From Lama glama (Eukaryota): a stretch of 64,000 nt of DNA. The stretch covers positions 622,001-686,000 of the forward strand of contig CM052817.1 of assembly GCA_028534125.1 (NCBI GenBank), in the 5' to 3' direction. The notes under the pieces were generated by a model. That model did not search any database. It was not told the DNA's origin and saw only the letters and a program-made list of their open reading frames with translations. This document shows positions 38,487 through 49,879 of the stretch, piece after piece; the stretch's first letter is position 1; each line of letters opens with the position of its first letter. A program made the position numbers and the translations under genes.

Positions 38487-39422
38487 TGACGGGGCCGAAA
38501 CCCAGTGGGTCCGCCGTCCCTGCAGCCCCTGAGGTAGTGTGGGCTTCTAGAAGTTACCTTTGGTGCACTGGGGAGAGACCCCGGCAAAGGCAGCTCGGCC
38601 CCTCCTGCTCCCATTCCTGGCTCCTCTGGGGGCCGAACTGCCCACAGACACAGCCAGGGCTGGCTCTTCCTGAGCGATCTCGCAGGCAGACCGGCCTGGG
38701 TGGGAAGGCCTGGCTGACGACAAGGAGGGGTCTGGGAGCCAGGAGACCTGACTGCAGGCCCCCCCCCGACACAGCCCTCCCTGCTGGTGTCGGGGCTGCC
38801 TAAGGTCTAGAGCCACTCAGCTCTCCTAATGCCCCAGTTCTCAGGACATGGGGCCCAGGCGGCCCCAGGACTGCCAGGGATCTGGCCAGGAGGTGGCCAA
38901 ACCAGTAGGGCCTGCGCCCCACGGGAGTCCTGTGCGGCTGAGCTGAGTGGCCACTGTGAGGCCCCGTGGTGCAGTCAGGGCCACGGGTGGCCAGCCGGCC
39001 GAGGTCCAACCTGCGGGGGCCTGGTTCACCCGTGTTCCCAGGGTCACCCAGGCCCAGAGTGAGGGGCAGGAGCAGTGGGTCCAGCAGGCAGTGGAGCAAT
39101 TCATGCCCTTGGCCCGGGTTCAGGGGGAAATAGCTCCTCCTGTCTGTGAGCCCTCTGGACGCCCACCTAGCCCTTCCCACCTGGTGAGGTCAGTTGCCAG
39201 GGGCACCAGGTGGGGCCTCCCGGCCCAGCCCCAGCCTGGGGGCACTCATCCCATGAGAGCTGAACGGACAGGTGAGGAGGGGGTACCGGCTACCAGCTTG
39301 CTCTGTGTGTTGTGGGAAAACGCATTTGAGGTCCCCGGTCCACAGCCCAGAGCTCTGCGGCCTTGTCCTCTGCCATCCCCTGGGCTGAGGGTGACCCCAA
39401 GCTCTGAGTGGAAGCCCAGCAG

Positions 39423-39531
39423 CATCAGCAAAGGGCCCCCTGATGTCCCCATCCCCTCGATAGAGCAGGACAGTTGAAACAAGAGCGCCCTCCTCTTACC
39501 TCCCCACCTGCACAGCCATCAGCAAAGGGCC
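39423..39531 (+). repeat. ~80-bp local duplicate of 41443-41522, flanked by 15-bp direct repeats
   Basis: 39440-39520 aligns to 41443-41522 with 5 substitutions and 1 indel. CATCAGCAAAGGGCC occurs at 39423-39437 and 39517-39531. Confidence 0.92.
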
Positions 39532-41084
39532 TGCTGGTGGCTTAGTCGGCTCTGCTGCTCCCTGCTGGGGCTGGAAGAGTGAGGGACAGCCCAGAATGGT
39601 GCGGGGAGCGGGGAGCGGCGGCCAGGGCCCCTCACGGTCGCTCAGCTGACAGCTGGCTGGCTGGCCCCCGCTGTGCCCTCCCATCCCCAGCTGTCCTTCT
39701 GCTCCTGCGGTCTGACGGGGTAGCCTGGGGTCCACAGCTGCGCAGTTTGGGAGGGTGGGGGTCGAGCCACCAGACGTCCTGCGAGTGACTCAGAGACTGA
39801 GGGCTGGGGGGAGGGCAGGCGTGTGGCACCAGGTTCTCTCCCCCAGAATCCTCCTCCGGAGCCTCCACTCCAGTTCGTGTGCCTGTGGCACTTGGGGTCC
39901 TGCCTCCTCCCTGGAGGGAAGCGGGCCGGGAAGAAGGGGCGTGGCGAGGGTGAGGCATGGCGCGTTTCTAAGACGGAAGAGGGAGTGACGGAGTTTTTCT
40001 GGTTTTAGGTTATTGTGGGTGGGGCGGGCCAGCGCGTGCCTGGGCTGAGCCTGGCAGCAGACAAATGTCATTTCAAAGAGCACGAAATTCACCCGAGCGC
40101 ACTCCCTCCTCCTGATCACTCGGGACGCCTCTGGTTTTCAAGGGCACCCGGGGTGAAGAGAGTCTTCAGAGAGAGGCCAGAGCCGTGTGGGTGGTGATCC
40201 TAGGTGGGGGCAGGGGCTCAGTGAGGCCTCCAAGTCAGGGCGGAGGGAGCTGTGTGATCCCGAGCGGTTTGGGAAGCCACCCCCCGCCCCAGCCTGTTTT
40301 CACTTACCCAGCGGGGTGAGAGTGAGGCCGGGCCGCCCTGCCTGGACGAGAGCGGTGTTGACCTCCATCACCTGCCCAGCGGGCTCCAGCCTGAGCCCCA
40401 GCCCGGGGGCCACACTGTGGCTTCCAGGCAGACCCCTCACCCACAGCCCCCCCGCCTCTGCCCACCAAGGCGCGCCCCCGGCCGCTGGGGGCTGGCGTGT
40501 CCAGTCAACAGCTGGCTCCGTGGGCTGTCTGGCTGGCTTCGTGCCGGGGTCCCCGCAGTGAGGTTTCTCCTCTGGGGGTGGCTGCATCTTCCATGGGGCC
40601 AGAGGCAGCCCAGCAGGGCAGCCGGGTCACTCATGCCCCCAAGGACCAGCAACTCTGTCACTGTGGGCTGCTGGGGTGACTCTCGGGCCACGGCCTGCGC
40701 TGCTCTGCCTGCACCCCACAGCGGGCAGGAGAGTCTGGAGTCACGGAAAGTCACAAGGGTTTTTGCGTTGTCTTGCCTTTTTGTAGATTACAGGATGTGC
40801 AGGTCTGGGTCAAGCTTCATCTGGAAGGACGGAATCACCGGAAGGGTGGGAGTGGGAAGAAGGAGGGGCCCCCGCTGCCCAGCCCACAGCCTGCCTGAGC
40901 TGAGAGGTGGGAGAAGGGCTCGGGCCTCAAGCGACCAAGAAGGACAGAGTGTTGCCTCCCCCAGCGACCCCAGGCATTGCCGCTCCGAGCTCACTCACTG
41001 TGCCGTCGGCTCACCCTGGACTTCAGGCCTCTGTGAGGGCAGGAGCAATGTTCTGTCCCTTGCACCGCTCCCTGGAAGGGGGGA

Positions 41085-41230
41085 TGGATGAGGCGTGTGT
41101 GATGGATAGAAGAGCTGTCCGGTGGACGATGGGTGGATGGGTGGAGAATGTGAGGGAGAGTGGATGGGAGGATGAGAAAAAGGCAGACAGAGTGGGCAGA
41201 CGGATGGATGAATGGCCAGTGGGTGACGTG
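41085..41230. repeat. Degenerate (GGAT)n tract
   Basis: Recurrent ggat/tgga units. Confidence 0.6.
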
Positions 41231-41339
41231 TGAATGCACCTGAGCAGCTGAGCCTGGCTGTCCACCAACACACCACTGTGCTGACCATTTTGTACATGTG
41301 ACCACAGCCTCAGGGGGGTGCTCGGGGCGACCCAAGACC

Positions 41340-41580
41340 ATTTCTGTTTCCCACCCACAAACTCTTCTTTCTGGTACACTCCCCTCCCATTTTCTTCTCT
41401 CCTCAAGCTGCCAACACCCCCTTTTACTCCTTAACAGCTGATCTGATGTCCCCACCCCCCAACAGAGCAGGACAGTCGAAACAAGAGCGCCCTCCTCTTA
41501 CCTCCCTACCTGCACAGCCATCTGCACACCTGCTCCCTCATGCATGCAGGAGGACTCCCTGTGTTTCGGGGAGGCTGGCA
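41340..41580 (+). mobile_element. L2 internal (ORF2-region) fragment, donor of the 39.4-kb duplicate
   Basis: 'cagctgatctgatgtcccc...cagagcaggacagtcgaaacaagagcgccctcc...cctacctgcac...gaggactccctgtg' resembles recalled L2 internal sequence. Confidence 0.45.
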
Positions 41581-41619
41581 TCAGCTCTTTGGCACAGACT
41601 CTCACACAAATGTGTCAAC

Positions 41620-41850
41620 TGACTGATGGAAACACAGAAGCAAAGGTAGTTTGATGGATTGACAGACAGCTGGCGGATGGATGGATAGACATATGGAGAC
41701 GGACGGGCTTGATGGCTGGATGTGTTCATGGATGGGTGCATGGAGGAGTTGATGGACCAGGGTTGGAGGGATGGATAACTCTGTGCTTGAACGGACAAGT
41801 GGAGGAGGGCTGAGAGGATGGATGTGTGACTACACAGCGGATTGGATGGG
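41620..41850. repeat. Degenerate (GGAT)n tract
   Basis: Recurrent gatg/ggat units. Confidence 0.65.
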
Positions 41851-43949
41851 TGAGCCGACGGAAGAACAGGTAGCCCGTGTCCGAACAAGCTGGGCTGTCC
41901 CGGGCCCCCCAAGCCCGTGGTTTGGGCCGCACAACTGTGTCGGGGCCTCCTCCATCCTCACCCACTGCTGGACGGCCCGCGGACCACACCTGACTCGGCA
42001 GCCTGGACCGGGTGGAGGCCCTGAGAGGGTGTGTGGGTCACTGGCCCTCCTGAGCTTTGGTCACAGGCAGAGGAGGGTGTGCACTGGGTGGCGCCCTGAG
42101 GAGCAGGGGCAGACACAGCCCCGATCCGGACCCCCAGGACCCCCGTGCTGGCTCTGCAGGTGCAGTCCTGGACCGTCACTCTCTGGTGCTCGCCTCCTCA
42201 TCCCTCATCTGTTCTCCCACCACTGCTCTTCACGGAGGTCCGTGCTCCCCCTGCAAGTCTCCCTCCTGTCTCCCCGCCCTGGTCTCTCTGCAGAAGTTTC
42301 AGAGGACGCTGGACCATCTGGGGGGCTGTAAAAGAGCTATCTGACAGTGAGCCCCTACTGTGCCCCATCTCCAGGCTAAGAGAAGACGTCTTCCCCGTGG
42401 CCCTGCTGCCCAGGGTGAGGGGTCCCATGGGGGGTTGCCTGGAGGCCGAGGGTCACGTATCACTCAGGAGAGGTGGGGACAGCCTGTCAAGGGTGACTGC
42501 GTGGCAGCCGGCAATTATGTGATTTCCGAGAGACTCATTCCAGGCCAAGGCTGCCACAGCTTCAGACCCAAACTCAGCGGCCAGGGCGCGGGAGGCACCA
42601 CTGACATTTCTGCATCTGCTGGCGGTAATTGAGGTCCTGGCCCTGGACCACGGGCGCATCCCTGCTGCTGCTGCTGCAGCCCTGGCCTTCTGTCCCGCCC
42701 TCACCTACGGCTGATGGGGAGACTGAGGCCAGGCTGAGGGTAGGGGAGCCCAGGGCGGCGCCCTTCTCTGGGCAGCAACAGCCATATCCACCCGGGCGGC
42801 AGGCCAAGCCCCTGGGGAGGTGTGTAGCCTTGTGGCCCAAAGCCCTCTGGAGCCTATGCAGCCCCTCGGGCCTCCGCAGCTGGAGGGCTGGCAGCCTTGG
42901 TCTGAGTCTGGCTCTCCAGCCACCTTACAGCCTTACATGTAGGGTGGGGGCCCACCCCAATCCCCAGCTGGGGACACCCCACTCCCCAAGCCACAGCTTC
43001 CTTCTCTGTGCCGGGCCTGCAGGTCCTCCATCCTGGTTTGGAGAGAGACAGACCCCCCCAGCAGCCCCCTCTCCCCACTGCTATCCACCTGGCCTCCCGG
43101 GAAGTGTGGTCTGCACTCCTGCTGCCTCCACCCTGCAGGCCACCCTGTCCTGGGAGCTCTCGGCTCAGGCCTGGCCCCCAAGACCTCCTCTGCCACGCCC
43201 CAGGGACCTCCCACCCCATGACCTCTGACTCCTGGGACCCGCCCTGGCTGGCCACGTGCTCCTTCTAAGACTGAAGAGCACGCTCTCCTCCTGACCGCCT
43301 CCTCGTCTGGGGCTTCTCAGTCTCAGTCCCGGGCCCCCACGCAGCATGACCAAGTGTGCAGATGGTGTGCACGTGTGTTCGTGTATGTGCCCCGCCTGCT
43401 CCTGTGTGCTGCTCCCACATCCGCGTTCACGTGTTCACACGCACAGGTGTGCCGTGTATGAGCGCGTGCGCATGTGAGCTCACCCACTCGAGCTGCTGCT
43501 CCCACCGCTGTCACCAGTCAGGAGAAGGGTGGGGACAGGGGTCGGGATGGCCGGCCTCTGCTCCTGACTCTTGCCTCCCACACCTGAAACCTCCGTGGGC
43601 TCCCCTCTCCCCCAACCCTGGCCCCCAAGCTTTCCCCACGTCGGCAGAGCTAGTGTTGGAGACCCTCGCATGGAGCCCTGGTCTGAGCGGTCGCACCCCA
43701 GGCCCCACAGTCACGGCCAAGTCCCCACCCCAGGGGTCTCAGGACAGAGGATAACTCTGGGCCCTGGACTGGAGCCCAGCCCCCCTCATCCCTGATAGCC
43801 GCTGGACATCCCTGTGCCAGCCACTGTGAAATGGAGTGATGGGGGCCCCTCCCCAGCTGGGGAGCGGGGTGGGTCTCAGGCAGCCCCACTCGGCACCCCC
43901 AGGAGGCTCTTGGTTCCAGAGACGCCCCTGCCCCCAGGGAGCTGCCAGG

Positions 43950-44270
43950 GCTGGGGGCGCGGCGGGCGGGCCGGGGCTCCGCGGTGCGCAGCGAAGGCTA
44001 TTTAAATGCTCCATTGGAGAGGGATTAAAGTTTACGCAAGGTCACCGAGGATGTGATAATTATAATCACAGGTTTTGGCTCCACAATGACAGCCATTTGT
44101 TATTTCCGCTCGGGCGGCTCCCGCGGCCCCGAGCTGGTGACAGGCGTGGACTGATTTAGTGGCCCGAGCCCGCGCCCCTCCCTCCCACCGCGGCGCCCAC
44201 AGCCCCCACTGCTGGGGGCGACCACAGGGGCTCCACCCCCAGGGGCCGGGCTTATTATGGGATGGGAAGG
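43950..44270. promoter_or_regulatory. Small CpG island with AT-rich enhancer-like core
   Basis: CG-dense flanks. The core has TATTTAAA (43999-44006), GGATTA (44022-44027), CAAGGTCA (44037-44044), ATAATTAT and TGACAG (44087-44092). Confidence 0.6.
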
Positions 44271-45059
44271 ACGATGGCGGCTGAGGGAGGGGTGAGAGAG
44301 GCGGAGCAGAGAGAGGGCAGGGCTGGGGCCGGGTGGGGTCCCCAGCGGGGAGTGGGGACGGCAGCTGCACAAGCCCGTCGGTCCTGGGGCCTCTTCCTCT
44401 ACAGAGCGGGGCTGCGCTGTGCCTGAGGCTCCTGGCTCTGGGGCTGGACCCCTACAGCATCCGTCTTTCTCGGCCACACTAAGAAGTCAACAGCGGCCCT
44501 TGCGCTGGACAGGAAGGCTCTGTCCACTCCTCGCTGTCTCCAGCTGCAGTGTGTGCTTGGATTACTTCCGTGTTCCCCGGGAAGGGGGTCCACTTCTCCC
44601 GAGGAAGGAGTCTTCCTTGCGAATACCTGACAGAGGCCCAGGGCACAGCTCTGTCCAGCTGGACCTCCGTCCCTCTCCTGACCTGGAGGCCACAGGGCCC
44701 CTGGGAGGGGAGGCAGAGCCAGGCTCCCTTCCTGGGCTGTGTGTTCGGAGCAGAGCCAGGAGCTCCCCTCCACTGGGGTTCCCTAACCCCTGGACCACCT
44801 GGGCTGAGACGGCCTCAGCACATAGCGCCAGGCTGGCCAGGCGAGTGCCCTGGGCTGAGATCCGCCCAGAGTGGGGCCCTGGGGCTGGGCCCCTTGCTGG
44901 TATGGGCCCCTCTGTTTCCTCCTCTGTTCTGGGATGACTGTGGTGGAGGACAGTCAGGGAGAGCTGGCCTGCCCTGGGTCCCTGGGGCTCCGCCAGGGCA
45001 GAGGGGGCCCTGCGGCCTGCTCATACCCCGTCTGCCTTCTGCCTGTTGCTGCCCCAGGG

Positions 45060-45220
45060 TTGATGCAGCTTTTTGTTTGTTTTCGCAATCAGAGGTGAGA
45101 GCGCTTTAATATGTATTAAATGGTGATAAATAGGGGTCTGAGCGCCCGGCCTGACGAGGCATTTGTCTTGGAGGAAGTGAAGATTGATACCTCACAGGCA
45201 GCGTGAACGTCACACCAAAG
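45060..45220. promoter_or_regulatory. Candidate conserved non-coding element
   Basis: TTTCGCAAT, TTTAATA-TG-TATTAAA (45105-45120), TGATAA and GAGGAAGT. Confidence 0.45.
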
Positions 45221-46269
45221 CCCGCCTCGGGGCCTGTGTCTGGGAACACTTTTCTCCGGGGTGCCTCAAGGGCCCAGCCTCCCCACCGCAGACCCATGTG
45301 GCCAGAGAGCCCTGCCCCCGGCCCTGGTCCGAGCTCGCCAGGCTTCCGCTCTCACTCCACACGGCTGAGTCAACTCCTGGAGGGGGTGGGTGGGGGGCCT
45401 GGACCCTTGACCACGGCCCTGGGCCTGGGGCTGTTTCCTGCCTGGGGCCCCACCTGCCCCCTTCCTGACCCCTCTGGCCGCCTGACCAGACAGGTGGCCT
45501 GGTCCCCCCACCGGCCTCCTGCCGCATCTGATTGGGCCAGCTGAGGTCACGTGCATGGTCCAGCCAATCCCCTGACCAGGGCCTTGTTCCCTCTTGACTT
45601 GGCCCAGTCAGGCTTCACGTTTGGAGCAGGAGGGCAATGACTTTTGGGTTTTAGGGGATGGGCAGGAGCCTTCTTACCTCTGCCCTCCCAGACTTCTGCC
45701 CTCCTTGGCCTCTGACCTCCCTGACCTTTGTCCTCCCTGGACCTTTCCCTTCCAAGTCCCTGCCCTCTGGGGTGGCAGCCATGCACAGAGAGGCTGGAGG
45801 GGGCCCCAGGCCCCTGCCTTCAGTCTGGCCTGATGCCCAGCTGGGTCAGCATAAGGATGAGGCCCTGGGGCTTCTGGTTGCTCTGTGGCCCCCCTGCTCT
45901 GGGCCCCTCCTACTGTCCCCCAGGAGTGGGGACCCCTCCGCCTTTGGGCAGCCCTCCCTGCATGGAGACATAGCCCTCCAGCCCCTGTCTGTGCATGAGG
46001 TCCAGCAGGGCCTGGTGCGGGAGCAGGGGGAGAGGCTGCTGTGTCCCAGAGCCTGACCTCCGAGCCACAGGGAGCCAGGGAGTCGCTGCTGGGAGAGGGG
46101 AGCCTGCAGTTCGAATTTCAGGGCAAAACCCCCCTTTTCATTCTGTTTCTCCAGCCTGGGCCCCAGGGTGCTGGCCTGGACCCCCAGGTTCAGCCACTGC
46201 AACTGGACATGTCTGGGCACCTACCTGGCAGTGGCCTCACAGGCCAGGACTCACCTCCACCCTCTCCCT

Positions 46270-46520
46270 CCTGCTACAAAATATGTAAATGCCATGCACT
46301 TCTGTGAGCAACATGATGAACCTCCTCTGTCGCCTCCAGAGAAAAATCCTTTCTGGGGAGGTAATGGCTGCGTGCCCGACGCCCTCTGGTGTAGTGCTCA
46401 CCGCCCCGTCCCCACAAAACTGATGGACACCCCTGAGAGGTGTCGAGCCTCCCTCTCCCCTCAGTTAATCAAATGAAGTAGTTTTAGTTAAAACGCCCCT
46501 AGAGCTTTCAAAGATGGCCA
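46270..46520. promoter_or_regulatory. Candidate regulatory element with CTCF-like motif
   Basis: CGCCCTCTGGTG at 46380-46391 (reverse CACCAGAGGGCG), GTTAATCA, and TTCAAAG at 46507-46513. Confidence 0.4.
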
Positions 46521-47439
46521 GAGTGTTCTCTACACCGCGGGTGACCGTCCGTGGGAGCAGGGCTGGCTTCTGGGGCTGAGGCAGCTCCCTGGCTAAAGGC
46601 CCTCTCTGGCCCCCCAGAAGCCGAGGCCCTCGTGGCTCCGTCCCCTGGGAAGCCTGGCTGGGCCTGGCTGCTCCACTCTGGGCCGGCACGGCCCCAGAAC
46701 ACACCCCCAAGGCCCCGGCAGCCTCAGCTGCGCAGGGGGGCAGGGCCTGGAGCCCACTTTGGATGCTGACCGATGGCGGGCACCTGAGACATGCCTCTGC
46801 TCATGGAGAGACTTCAGGCTCAACCTTCTCCCCAGGGGTGCTCACACGGGAAGACAGAGGGGCAGCAGACTGGGAAGACTGGGGGTCCCAAGTGCAGCAG
46901 GAGGAGGCTGGCTGCGGGGGTCAGGATGGGCTTCTGAGCCGGGTGCCGGTTGGGTTCCAGCCTGGGCGGTTCCCGGGCACCATCCTCACCCACATAATAG
47001 AGGTGGGAACTGGCCACCCTCCTGGGCCTCGGGATTGTTGGACTGACAAGCTACACGCCACAGCCTGGGCAGTGGCTGGAACATGTGTCTGTGGGCTCAA
47101 GGGGGCCAGCTGGGGTCAGAAGGGCTCCAAAGAGGAGCTGACTTGCAAGATTTGCCCTGAAAACGGGGTATGGTGCCCCAGGACACCGACTCAGCCAGGC
47201 AGAGGCCTCAGGTGTGGGAAAGCCCAGGGTAATGAACCCCAGCGGGCAGGAAGAGCTGGGGGGGGGGCAATCCCAGAGCGGCGTCAGAGAAGGCGGGCAG
47301 GTCTGGGACCTGGGGAGGAGGTGGGGGTCAGCGGGCCCAGCACAGGACGGTGGGCCCGTCGCCTGGGAAACCAGCTCATGGGCAGAGGCCCTGGCACCGT
47401 GGCTGGCAGGTGAGGGCTGCCTCCTCCTCCGTGGCCTTC

Positions 47440-48130
47440 GGGTGTTTCCTCTGACGTTGTCCGTTCTTCACTTCTTATCTTTTAGGAGCTTTTTCTTTCT
47501 AAGGATGTTAGCTTTTCATCTCTCAGTTGTGTTGTAAATACTCCCCCACCTTGTACGCCATTTGTCCTTTCTGAAGGGGCAGGTTTTGCCATTTAGAAAT
47601 GCTTGATTTCATGTCGTCAACCGTATTCATCTTCTTTCACGACCTCTGTGATTTGGGTTGCTTTACAAAGCGTCCTCTCCTCGGAGATTTTGTTTCAAGA
47701 ATGTGGGAGTTTCACCTGCACTGGCTTTGATCTGGGGCGTGGGGAGGTGCTGGAGGTCACCGCACCCTCCCACCCTGAAAGACCACTGCTGGCGTCATCG
47801 GACCTCACACGCGTGGCCTGCTCCGTGAGTTTGCCCAGTGGCTTCCAGCCTACCGCCGGGGGCTGCGTCCCTGCAGCTCCATGACGTTTTGTGCCCCGGA
47901 CACAGGGATCCTTCCTCAGGGCCTGCCTGGCCTTGCTGTGCAGTTTCGCATCAGCTTGTCCACTTGTAAGCCATCCTTGGGTTGTCTGTTGGGGTGAGAT
48001 CAAGGAGAGCCGTCTTGAACCTCCGTCCTCTGTCCTGGGAGGCTTTCTCCCCACGTCTGTTCCTCCCTCAGCAGTGAGCGCTGGACCTGCATCCTTCCCG
48101 CCAGCCTGCTCCCTTGCTGTTGGCTGATTA
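47440..48130 (-). mobile_element. Ancient LINE-1 (L1ME-like) ORF2 3' fragment
   Basis: 'gccatttagaaatgcttgatttcatgtcgtcaaccgtattcatcttcttt...ctttgatctggggcgtgg' resembles antisense L1 ORF2. Confidence 0.5.
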
Positions 48131-48764
48131 GGCTTGTTCTCTGAGCCAGCCCCTTGCTGCGGGGCAGGGAGGGGGTCTGGTTCTCGCTGGGGAAGGGTCT
48201 TAGCCCCAGGACGCAGCACCCAAAGTGGCCACTTCTCCCTCGAACTTAACCCTGCCGCCCTCACCGGGCAGCACAGACCGGGCACCAGGATTTAGCCTCT
48301 CCTGAAGGCTGGAAGTCGCGATCAGGCGGGTTCGCTTCTCCTCAGGCCTCTCTCCTGGGCGTGCAGACGGCGCCTCCTCCATGTCCTCTGCGTCCTCACG
48401 TGTCCTCTTCTCTGTGCCACGCTGGCCAGGGCTGGAGCTTCACACACAGGGTCGGGGAGTTGCTAAGAGGCTGGAGGCCGGAGCCTCTAGAAAGGCAGTG
48501 GGTTCAGGGGTGGGTGTGAGGCTGACCCGAGAGTGGTTGGAGGGCAGGGGGCTGGCTGGAAGGGCAGAGGGCTCTCGGGGGAAGCTGGGGGACCTAGTGG
48601 GGGTCACTCCACCCCATCCCCTGCCCCCCGAGCTGGTGTCTCCAGCTCTGCCTGCCTTGGGCCCCCTAGGTGTGCAGCTGTGTCTCTGTGGCCCGGCCGG
48701 GATGGGTGAAGTCAGCGGGCCTGGGTCCTGCAGCACACAGCGTGGTGGGCCTGGCCAGGCCCCG

Positions 48765-48900
48765 GTGCAGTGCACTATATAAATGCAAATTTCCCTCCGA
48801 GTCGGGCTCACTCACTCAACACGCTATCAGTGCGGCACTGTCAGTCCAATTTTTCACACTTGGTGTCTCTGTTCTCTGTCTAGGGCAATCCTGTTTCCCT
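48765..48900 (+). promoter_or_regulatory. Candidate TATA/octamer element
   Basis: TATATAAA (48776-48783) overlaps ATGCAAAT (48783-48790); an Inr-like TCACTC has its A at 48810. Confidence 0.35.
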
Positions 48901-49879
48901 GGGCTGTGGTGGGTTGGCAGCTGGAAAAGTTCAGCTTTGCAGAGACACAGACAGGCCCACCCGACAGGCCCTCCACAGAGGGGCAGGGACGCACGCAGCC
49001 AGGCCTGGGGATGGAGTGGCCGCCTGGGCTGAGGGGAGTTCGGGGAGAGAATGTCTCTTCCCCTGCTGCCCATTTTCCTGGCCGGGGGTGGGGGGGCTCT
49101 GGGCAGATGTGGTGGGGGAGAGGGAGGGGGGTGTGCTCTGTCTAGGGGCCTCCCTCCAAGACCTTGGCCACCCCTCAGGGAGCACCTGGGCCTCGGAGTC
49201 TCCCCCTGACCCCACTTGAGGGGCACAATCAGGGATCCCAGGAGTCCAGTAAGACACGACTGTCCAGCAGCAGCTCCCTTGTTTCCCACTGGTCCGGAGA
49301 AGGGAGGTGCTGGGGGCCCATTTTACAGGCAGGAAAACTGGGAAGGCGCGTAGCAGAGCTGAGGCGCTAAGGCACCCTAGAGGAGGGCACAGGTGGGCAG
49401 AGCACAGGTGTCAGGGGCCTGGGGGCATGACCGTACTGCCCTGCTGGCCTCCAGGCCACCTGCTTAGCTGTCCTCTCTAGCCACCACCACTGCCTGCCCC
49501 CCTCCCCAGAGCTCATGGCACCCGCTCTGGGCAGGGAGACTGTTAGCCTGGCGCCTGGGCCCCCCCACTTCTGAGGACCAAGAGAGAGGCCCTATTCCAT
49601 GCGGGGGCAGGAAGAGGGTCTCACGGCCTTGCAGGGGGCTGGGAGACTATCCAGCCGGAGACCCCAGAGGTTTGAGACCAACGCCACCTGCCAGCCCCAC
49701 TCAGGGACACAGGCAGAGGATGTGGTGGGCAGGATGGCCTCAGGAGGGGCTCACACCTTCCAGGTGCGACTGACACAGCTCCCCGCACGTGGCGAAGGTG
49801 GGAGTGGATGTGCGGACGCAGCGAAACCGTTGCCACGAAGGGGCGCGGGACACACCCCACGCCTCCTCCCCACCCCTCC

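Noticed and set aside
39423..39531. CRISPR-like repeat-spacer-repeat or MITE
   Set aside because: The context is mammalian, there are only two 15-bp repeats, no terminal inverted repeats and no cas genes; a local templated insertion explains it better.
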